The notes under the pieces: generated by a model
Told to the model about the DNA's origin: nothing
Databases searched by the model: none
The model's input: only the letters and a program-made list of their open reading frames with translations
Source of the DNA: Bacteroidota bacterium
GTDB lineage: Bacteria > Bacteroidota > Bacteroidia > Flavobacteriales > Schleiferiaceae
NCBI GenBank assembly: GCA_024742495.1
Contig: JANSYJ010000012.1
Location: forward strand, 10,021-74,020
Length of the DNA: 64,000 bases
Reading direction: 5' to 3'
Translations under genes and position numbers: made by a program
Shown: positions 29,097 to 35,771 of the stretch, piece after piece
How positions within the stretch are numbered: position 1 is the first letter of the stretch
How the letters are laid out: every line of letters starts with the position of its first letter

Positions 29097-29555
29097 ATGA
29101 TTTGGAGATTCATCGTTTTCGCATTACTCAACTTTGGCGCCCTTGCTATAGGCGGCTTTTTCACCGGCCCGGGCGTTTCCTCAGAATGGTATCAAAGCTT
29201 GGCTAAAGCGCCATGGACACCACCCGGTTGGGTTTTTGGTTTCGCCTGGACCAGCATAATGATCTGCTTTAGCTTTTACCTTAGCCTACTTTGGCCCAAA
29301 GTAAAAGCGCGACAAAGCTTAATAGTGTTATATGCAGCGCAATGGCTACTGAACGTCGCCTGGAATCCGCTGTTTTTTCACTTTCGTGAAGTTGAATTTG
29401 CCCTCATTGTAATTAGTACCCTAACATTACTAGTCTTTGGCTTTTTATATGGCTACCGAAAACTGTTTTCTTGGCAAAGCCTCCTAGTCCTGCCCTATTT
29501 CATTTGGTTGCTCATCGCTAGTTCATTAAATGGCTATATCTTCCTACAGAATTAA
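29097..29555 (+). CDS. tspO: TspO/MBR tryptophan-rich sensory protein
   Basis: 152 aa with 5 TM helices. Trp-rich signature WYQSLAKAPWTPPGWVFGFAWT. Confidence 0.85.
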   Translation: MIWRFIVFALLNFGALAIGGFFTGPGVSSEWYQSLAKAPWTPPGWVFGFAWTSIMICFSFYLSLLWPKVKARQSLIVLYAAQWLLNVAWNPLFFHFREVEFALIVISTLTLLVFGFLYGYRKLFSWQSLLVLPYFIWLLIASSLNGYIFLQN

Positions 29556-29708
29556 TCAATCTCCCATGTTGTGTTTCATGCGAAAAAAAGCCAGCCGCGC
29601 ATTTTAGCACATTTGGTTTTTGCCAACGCCCTTTGCCAATCCTGAAAAACCAAAAGAGCTAAAATCTCCCTACGATCAAAATGAAGATAAATCAGCTTCC
29701 CTAACACA

Positions 29709-29794
29709 TTGTCCCAATTTTTATAGAAATTCGGGACAAGCTTTAAGTCGGAAACAATTGAATTGTCCCAATTAACTACTATTTTTGGGACAAT
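29709..29794. promoter_or_regulatory. Putative AbiEi operator: two inverted repeats sharing the half-site TTGTCCC
   Basis: IR1 is ttgtccc (29709..29715) with gggacaa (29733..29739). IR2 is a perfect 10-bp pair, attgtcccaa (29762..29771) with ttgggacaat (29785..29794). IR2 covers a TAnnTTTG-type box (tatttttg, 29780..29787) and the abiEi ATG at 29793. Confidence 0.55.
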
Positions 29795-30374
29795 GATAGA
29801 CTTGAATGTAATAGAAAGCAAGGTTGATAAAGGCGATATATTCTTTATCTCAGACTTTACGGAACTTGGCAACTATGAAGCTGTACGTAAGTCTTTACAG
29901 CGGTTGACTAAAGACGGAAAAGTAGAACGCATGGCGAAAGGAATCTACTTTTTACCTAAAAAACATGAGCGTTTAGGTATTATTTATCCTCATGCAGAGC
30001 AAATAGCAAAAGCTATAGCTAAACGTGACAAAGCAAGAATAATAGCTACAGGTTCTACAGCACTGAACCTATTAGGTCTATCGACCCAAATCCCTTTGAA
30101 AGTCGTGTTCTTAACAGATGGCTCAGCTCGAAAGATTAATGTGGGGAAACAAACAATAGAATTCAAAAAAACAAACCCTAAAAATTTGAGCATTGAACAC
30201 CGACTAACCAATCTGGTAATTCAAGGGTTGAAAGCGATTGGTGAAAAGAATGTTACACAAGAACAGCTTCAACAAATACAATCGATAATAGACCAAAGTG
30301 ATGAACGTGAACTTGTTTATCAAAACCTGAAAAATGCTCCAGTTTGGATTCAGAAAATAATTTTAAGCAAATGA
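29793..30374 (+). CDS. abiEi: Type IV toxin-antitoxin system AbiEi-family antitoxin (DUF6088-type)
   Basis: Motifs FISDFTELGNYEAVRKSLQRLTKDGKVERMAKGIYFLPK and GSTALNLLGLSTQIP. It sits immediately upstream of, and overlaps, abiEii. Confidence 0.8.
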   Translation: MIDLNVIESKVDKGDIFFISDFTELGNYEAVRKSLQRLTKDGKVERMAKGIYFLPKKHERLGIIYPHAEQIAKAIAKRDKARIIATGSTALNLLGLSTQIPLKVVFLTDGSARKINVGKQTIEFKKTNPKNLSIEHRLTNLVIQGLKAIGEKNVTQEQLQQIQSIIDQSDERELVYQNLKNAPVWIQKIILSK

Positions 30375-31354
30375 AGAATTGGCTTACACTACCAAAAGAG
30401 GAACAAGTAGAATTGTTTACGCAAATCGGTGTAAAAACCAATCTCCCACCACAAGCTGTTGAGAAAGATGCTTGGGTTAGCCTAATGCTTCGAATGATAT
30501 TTACTTCAGAATTAACAGATCATTTAATATTTAAAGGAGGAACTTCATTAAGCAAGGCATTCAACTTAATTCAACGATTTTCAGAAGATATTGACTTAGG
30601 TATAGATCGAAAACATTTAGGTTTTGATGGTGATTTATCGAAAGGACAAATTCGAAAATTGAGAAGAGCTTGCCACAAATTCGTTTCTCAGGATTTAACC
30701 GAACTACTCAAAAAACAACTTACCAGCTATGGTGTTGACGAGAGTTTATATAAAGTTGTAGTTGAAAACACACAAGTATCTGACCAAGACCCTGAAACTA
30801 TTAAAGTCAATTACCAATCTCTATTCGGAGAAATATCCTATCTCCCAAAAAGAGTTTTGATAGAAGTTAGTGCAAGGTCTTTAATTGAACCTAATCAGGA
30901 GGTTGCTATTAACTCACTTATTGATGAACACTATCCCGAAACAGATTTTATAGAGGGAGAATTTGTAGTAAGTGCAACCAATCCGCAAAAAACATTTTTA
31001 GAGAAGCTAATTCTGTTGCATGAAGAATTTGAGAAGCCAGTTGAAAAAATAAGGCATTTAAGAATGTCAAGGCATTTCTATGACATTGGGCAAATCCTAG
31101 ACTCTGAATTTGGGCAAGAAGCCCTAAAGAATAAAGAGCTTTTTGAAAGTATCATTAATCATAGAAAAGTGCTGACGCCAATGAAAACTACTGATTATGA
31201 AACGCTGACTTTACAAAGCCTAAATGTCATTCCACCAGATAAACATCTGAGCAACTATAAATCAGATTACAAAGAAATGCAAAGCAGCATGATACATGGT
31301 GAATCACTTGATTTTGATGAACTAATTGAAAAAATTACAAACGCATTGAAATAA
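30371..31354 (+). CDS. abiEii: AbiEii/AbiGii-family nucleotidyltransferase toxin
   Basis: Hallmark FKGGTSLSKAFNLIQRFSEDIDLG. ATG 30371 overlaps the abiEi stop (ATGA). Confidence 0.85.
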   Translation: MKNWLTLPKEEQVELFTQIGVKTNLPPQAVEKDAWVSLMLRMIFTSELTDHLIFKGGTSLSKAFNLIQRFSEDIDLGIDRKHLGFDGDLSKGQIRKLRRACHKFVSQDLTELLKKQLTSYGVDESLYKVVVENTQVSDQDPETIKVNYQSLFGEISYLPKRVLIEVSARSLIEPNQEVAINSLIDEHYPETDFIEGEFVVSATNPQKTFLEKLILLHEEFEKPVEKIRHLRMSRHFYDIGQILDSEFGQEALKNKELFESIINHRKVLTPMKTTDYETLTLQSLNVIPPDKHLSNYKSDYKEMQSSMIHGESLDFDELIEKITNALK

Positions 31355-31358
31355 CAAT

Positions 31359-31559
31359 TTGTCAGAAGATCACAAAAAGATACTAGAACAGCAGCTTTGG
31401 AATATAGCCAATACGCTTAGGGGAAAAATGAATGCGGACGAATTCCGTGATTACATATTGGGATTCATTTTCTACAAATACTTGAGTGAGAATATGGAAA
31501 TCTTCGCCAACGAAATATTGAAGCAAAACGCAATCAGCCCGAGGGTACCCTCGGGCTGA
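31359..31559 (+). pseudogene. hsdM: Type I restriction-modification methylase HsdM, N-terminal stub only
   Basis: LEQQLWNIANTLRGKMNADEFRDYILGFIFYKYLSE is the HsdM N-terminal domain. Similarity ends after about 55 codons, and the frame stops inside a palindrome. No hsdS or hsdR follows. Confidence 0.8.
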
Positions 31560-31562
31560 TTG
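31531..31562. repeat. Perfect 32-nt palindrome at the hsdM truncation point
   Basis: caatcagcccgagggt/accctcgggctgattg is a 16+16 perfect inverted repeat centred on GGTACC. Confidence 0.9.
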
Positions 31563-31684
31563 AAAACAATGATATCTTTGATAATGTCAATTAACTAACA
31601 GTTCTGATCAAGGGAAGCCTACAGCCAGACAATCTCGAAGCTCGACAAGGTGAAATAAGGATCTATGATAATGCGAAGGGATTT

Positions 31685-31891
31685 ATGGCAATGTGCTGTC
31701 CTTACGTGGTGACTGAGGAACGATATATTCTCCTTGAAAAAGAAATTGGAGAGTTTGAATTGTTGGAAACCTTCAATCCTAAGAATTTCAGAATAGAAAA
31801 CTATGAAGATCGACTGATACTGAACTTTTGGAATAATAGGGAAGACAATGAAAAAATTGAAATAAAAAAACAAGGGTACAACAAAAATTAA
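31685..31891 (+). CDS. Hypothetical small protein (weak call)
   Basis: 68-aa E/K/N-rich ORF in an AT-rich stretch. It is more protein-like than the overlapping antisense ORF. No start lies upstream. Confidence 0.25.
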   Translation: MAMCCPYVVTEERYILLEKEIGEFELLETFNPKNFRIENYEDRLILNFWNNREDNEKIEIKKQGYNKN

Positions 31892-32083
31892 ACGTAAGTC
31901 GGCTTTATTACCGAATCGATTCGATATCGTTTTGAATATCCACAAGGAATCGACTAATTCTTAAACGAATAATCAAGGCCATGATGGAGGGTCACAAGTA
32001 AATTTGAAAAACTCCCCAATGAATATTCTTACTAACTTACACGGGAGCGGACATCCTATAAAAACAACCTTAACTAAACTTGA

Positions 32084-32521
32084 TTGACCTTGAAAAACCT
32101 GAACAAATTTGCCTTTTCCTTTATTCTTCTCTTCTTTCTTATTGGCTGTAATCAAAGGCCCAGTGTTAGTGAGGGGGAGTCCAAATTTCTTTCTTTTCAG
32201 ACAAGCAGTACGGAGATAAGACAAGTCCTTGAGAGCTTTGAACCGCTCGTCCAACATAATGTGAAGAATTGGGAAGTACTTGAAAAAGTAGCCGAGTTTT
32301 ATTTACTGAGCCAGTCCCTTACTAAAACCAAAGAAACCTGGATCTACGCTATTCCCTTAGAGATGAAGAATGGTAAGGTTGAAATAGCTAGCAGCCAATA
32401 CCTACATGCTTGCAACTGTGATGAACTTTCTTTAGAGATTTTTCTGTTTTCCAAGAATGAAATTCTTGGTTGTAAGGAACATGATCATAAACTAATGAGT
32501 GGTCCTATAGCCGCTAGTTAA
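32084..32521 (+). CDS. Hypothetical lipoprotein
   Basis: TTG start; signal plus lipobox FILLFFLIGCNQ. Confidence 0.45.
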   Translation: MTLKNLNKFAFSFILLFFLIGCNQRPSVSEGESKFLSFQTSSTEIRQVLESFEPLVQHNVKNWEVLEKVAEFYLLSQSLTKTKETWIYAIPLEMKNGKVEIASSQYLHACNCDELSLEIFLFSKNEILGCKEHDHKLMSGPIAAS

Positions 32522-32540
32522 AACATAAGTCCCATTTGAA

Positions 32541-33005
32541 ATGGCCTCAGTCCATTTTTCACTCAAGGCCTCAATCAAATATTTAGGCTTGCTTATCGCC
32601 ACTGGCGCTGCAGGCCTATTAATTTGGTTAAACAGCCGTCCAGTGGAAACCGAAGCCCAAACGAATGCACGATTATTCATTTCTCTGGTGCTGGGTATTT
32701 TGCTAATTGCACGTCCGCTTTATCAAATTTATAATCAATCGATTTTAGAATATCGCGAGGGACAATGGTTTTACCACCGGCTATTATCACCGCAAGCAAA
32801 GCCATTGGAAAAGGAGGCTATTAAGAGTATCGAATTCCTGAAATTTAATCTACCCCTTTATGGATTGGGGCATCGGAAGATTCTCATTAAAATGAAGGCA
32901 GGGAAGGTCTTGAAATTTCACTCAAAGGAAATCCAAGGTTTTGATCAATTAGCAGCATTAATTCAAAAACAGTTTGGCGGGCTCCTAAGCAAAAAAGAAT
33001 TTTAG
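32541..33005 (+). CDS. Hypothetical membrane protein
   Basis: Two N-terminal TM helices followed by a soluble domain. No family recognised. Confidence 0.45.
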   Translation: MASVHFSLKASIKYLGLLIATGAAGLLIWLNSRPVETEAQTNARLFISLVLGILLIARPLYQIYNQSILEYREGQWFYHRLLSPQAKPLEKEAIKSIEFLKFNLPLYGLGHRKILIKMKAGKVLKFHSKEIQGFDQLAALIQKQFGGLLSKKEF

Positions 33006-33078
33006 CTTTTCGCTTTATTAAGATGACTGTGGATAAGAAATTGTCCTAGGCTTGCTTTTCATAAAAGCCCCAATAATT

Positions 33079-33771
33079 CTATTTGCTCAAAACATTAGCA
33101 AGCTCATAAAGCACTAAAAACAAGCGGTGGCTCTTCGCTTGCAGGGGTCGAAATTCCGAATGGCGAAAATCCAATAGGCCCGGTTTCTTATCCTTGCTCT
33201 CGAGCTTACCAATATGAAATTGCCCCTCATCCCAGAGCAGCACCTTTTTATACAGGGCTACCGGCCAATCCTTTGGATCTTTTAGTTCGCGTACGATTAG
33301 TAATTCCAATGCCCTGCCTTCCTCATTTATCCAAGGCATACCAGCGTGGGGCTCAAAGCTGAGATAATCCGACTTAATACCCGGCAAGGGCAAATTTAAT
33401 TTCAGAAACTGATCGAGCTCCAGTCCATTAAAATAGTCGTTTCGTTTTTCAGAGCTTATGAACCAAACTGGAGCGAAGCTTTGCGGCATCTTGGTTGGCC
33501 TAAGCTGATTAGCCGCGTTTTTCACATAATCCTTCTTAAAGATGTCGAAATGAAAAAGGTCGTTTACCGAAAGCTCCTTATTGAGAAGGTCATCGGTAGA
33601 AATACCAAAATGCTTAGCAATTTCTATCAATGTTGCTATTTTTGGTTCCGCCCTTCCTTCTTCATAAGCGCCAATACTGGCTCTCTTTAATTCGAATAAA
33701 TCCGCGAAATCACTCTGATTCAAGTTTTTAACCGACCTTATCTTCTTTATATTCTTCCCAACGTATGACAT
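33079..33771 (-). CDS. XRE-family HTH transcriptional regulator with C-terminal domain
   Basis: N-terminal HTH NLNQSDFADLFELKRASIGAYEEGRAEPKIATLIEIAKHFGIS. It is divergent from the pspA-type operon. Confidence 0.8.
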   Translation of the reverse strand: MSYVGKNIKKIRSVKNLNQSDFADLFELKRASIGAYEEGRAEPKIATLIEIAKHFGISTDDLLNKELSVNDLFHFDIFKKDYVKNAANQLRPTKMPQSFAPVWFISSEKRNDYFNGLELDQFLKLNLPLPGIKSDYLSFEPHAGMPWINEEGRALELLIVRELKDPKDWPVALYKKVLLWDEGQFHIGKLESKDKKPGLLDFRHSEFRPLQAKSHRLFLVLYELANVLSK

Positions 33772-33962
33772 AGCACTGAAAATATTTTTGCTAATTTTTT
33801 TGGCAATACTAAAAATGTTAGTATATTAGCACGGTAAAACTAATAATAATAACATGAAAACGGTATTAAAGCTCCTAAATCGACTTTTTGCCCCGCCAAA
33901 AAATCCTAATTTGGTACCTATCTACGCTAAGCAAGAATCGATAAACCAAAACAGTAAAAAAC

Positions 33963-34358
33963 ATGGATAATTATTTCGAACGAGTAAAGAGCTTCCTCCT
34001 AGATTTGGATTATAATATCACCTACGAAAGCGCCGAAGAGGAGGTTTTTGTAGTGGAGAATGCCGACGCTGGCATGCATAATTTAGTTATTGCCGTTGCA
34101 GAGCCCATCATAATCATGGAGCAATATCTCTTCGAACTAAAAGACAACAAACCCGAGGTATTCCAAAAGTTATTGGTGAAAAACCGCGATATCGTACATG
34201 GGGCCTTCGCTTTAGATGAAGCAGGTTATAAAGTAGTGTTTCGCGACACCCTACAACTGGAAAACCTAGACCAAAATGAGATCGAGGGCTCATTAAACTC
34301 CCTTGAACTGCTCCTCAGTGAGTATTCCGACGAATTAATAGAATTTTCAAAAAACTAA
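33963..34358 (+). CDS. YjfI/YbjN-like small cytosolic protein
   Basis: 131 aa and acidic. N-terminal FERVKSFLLDLDYNI...E and C-terminal LEGSLNSLELLLSEY match the pattern of the YbjN/DUF2170 chaperone-like family. It sits directly upstream of a PspA homologue, as yjfI does for yjfJ in E. coli. Confidence 0.55.
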   Translation: MDNYFERVKSFLLDLDYNITYESAEEEVFVVENADAGMHNLVIAVAEPIIIMEQYLFELKDNKPEVFQKLLVKNRDIVHGAFALDEAGYKVVFRDTLQLENLDQNEIEGSLNSLELLLSEYSDELIEFSKN

Positions 34359-34361
34359 GAC

Positions 34362-35084
34362 ATGAGTATTTTCAAACGCATCTTTAGCATCGGTAAAGCC
34401 GAAACAAATGCTGCCCTCAACAAATTAGAGGACCCCATTAAAATGACCGAACAAGGCATCCGCGATCTTAAAATGGATCTCGATAAAGCCTTACAGAGTT
34501 TGGCTGAAATCAAAGCCTTATCCATTCGTTCTCGCAACGACGCGAACACCTATCAGGCGAAAGCCAAAGATTACGAAAAGAAGGCAATTGCCCTTTTACA
34601 AAAAGTAGAGAAAGGTGAACTAGAAGGTGCCGAAGGCGATCGTTTGGCCGGTGAAGCTTTAAACCGCAAAAAAGAAAACGATAGCCTAATGTTACAAGCT
34701 AAAACCGACAAGGAGAAGTTTGATGGCAACATCGACAGCATGGAGAGTAAGATTAAGCGCTTACGCCAGCAAATTAGTCAGTACGAAAACGAGCTGAAAA
34801 CCTTAAAAGCTCGAGTAAAGGTGAGTACCGCTACCAAAAACATCAACAAGCAAATGGCGCAAATCGATTCATCGAGCACCATGAGTATGTTGGAACGTAT
34901 GAAAGACAAAGTAGCGGAAGAAGAAGCACTGGCCGAAAGCTATGGTGATATCGCCAACGAAAGTCGCAGTTTAGATGAGGAATTAGATCGTGCCTTAGAA
35001 GACAGCAACCCTGCAAGCGACGACTTAGCCGCCCTAAAAGCTAAGATGGGGCTGAACAAAGACGAAGAAAAAGACGAAAACTAA
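34362..35084 (+). CDS. PspA/IM30-family protein (YjfJ-like; ESCRT-III superfamily)
   Basis: 240 aa. N-terminal MSIFKRIFSIGKAETNAALNKLEDPIKMTEQGIRDLKMDL followed by a continuous coiled coil, typical of PspA/IM30. Confidence 0.85.
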   Translation: MSIFKRIFSIGKAETNAALNKLEDPIKMTEQGIRDLKMDLDKALQSLAEIKALSIRSRNDANTYQAKAKDYEKKAIALLQKVEKGELEGAEGDRLAGEALNRKKENDSLMLQAKTDKEKFDGNIDSMESKIKRLRQQISQYENELKTLKARVKVSTATKNINKQMAQIDSSSTMSMLERMKDKVAEEEALAESYGDIANESRSLDEELDRALEDSNPASDDLAALKAKMGLNKDEEKDEN

Positions 35085-35107
35085 AACCAGTCTGCTAAAA
35101 CCAAGCA

Positions 35108-35755
35108 ATGAGTGAATTCCTGAATTACATCTTTATTGGAGCTAATGCCGTACCCACGGCATTACTCCTCTTCGTAGTCTTATATTGGATTATTGTAATC
35201 TTTGGCGCCCTAGGTACCGACTTTTTAGATTTCGATATTGATATAGATGCCGATGGTTCTGCCGACCTGGATATGGATGGTGAGGGATTAGAAGTTTCTT
35301 GGTTTAATAATGTCTTGCAGTTCTTTAACCTTGGGAAGATCCCCTTTATGATCTGGCTATCTTTCGTTAGCCTACCGGCGTGGATCTTAAGCGTTAATAT
35401 TAACGGACTCCTCGGTTTTGAAAGCTTCATCCCCGGCTTTTTAGTATTTCTTGCCGCCCTATTTGTAAGCCTCTTCCTGGCGAAATTTTTAACCTGGCCC
35501 TTTGTCAAGTTTTTCGAAAAACTAGATGAGGACACCAAAGCCAAGGAAATTGTAGGCCGCGTAGGCACCGTTACCAGTAAGGCCAGCGGCAGTAGCCGTG
35601 GAATGGCGGAAATAAATTATGATGGCACCTTTTTAAGGATGATGATCCGATGCAGCGAAGGCCAAGAGGCCGAAAAAGGCAGCCAAGTGCTTTTCATCCG
35701 AAAGCTAAACGACCGCGGGGTGTATCTCGTGGAACCCTATACATCAATCGATTAA
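35108..35755 (+). CDS. YqiJ/NfeD-like membrane protein
   Basis: An N-terminal TM is followed by the acidic loop DFLDFDIDIDADGSADLDMDGEG, then TM helices, then a C-terminal OB-like segment (GRVGTVTS...GSQVLFIRK). It sits upstream of a flotillin, as in E. coli yqiJK. Confidence 0.6.
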   Translation: MSEFLNYIFIGANAVPTALLLFVVLYWIIVIFGALGTDFLDFDIDIDADGSADLDMDGEGLEVSWFNNVLQFFNLGKIPFMIWLSFVSLPAWILSVNINGLLGFESFIPGFLVFLAALFVSLFLAKFLTWPFVKFFEKLDEDTKAKEIVGRVGTVTSKASGSSRGMAEINYDGTFLRMMIRCSEGQEAEKGSQVLFIRKLNDRGVYLVEPYTSID

Positions 35756-35771
35756 TCAAAATTCAAACTCT

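Noticed and set aside
29576-29872. 98-aa minus-strand ORF spanning the abiE promoter
   Set aside because: It runs across the inverted-repeat operator and into the abiEi start on the opposite strand, and it has no recognisable features.
31619-31945. 108-aa minus-strand ORF
   Set aside because: It is extremely Phe/Ile-rich and antisense to an A-rich stretch, and it overlaps a more protein-like plus-strand ORF. I judge it non-coding.
33900-33915. ctaatttggtacc as a second TAnnTTTG promoter box close to the yjfI-like start
   Set aside because: Checked letter by letter, taatttgg has only TTG after the two spacer bases, so it does not match TAnnTTTG.
35125-35568. 147-aa minus-strand ORF
   Set aside because: It is antisense to the YqiJ/NfeD-like gene inside a tightly coupled plus-strand operon, and its composition is basic and Ser/Lys-rich with low complexity.
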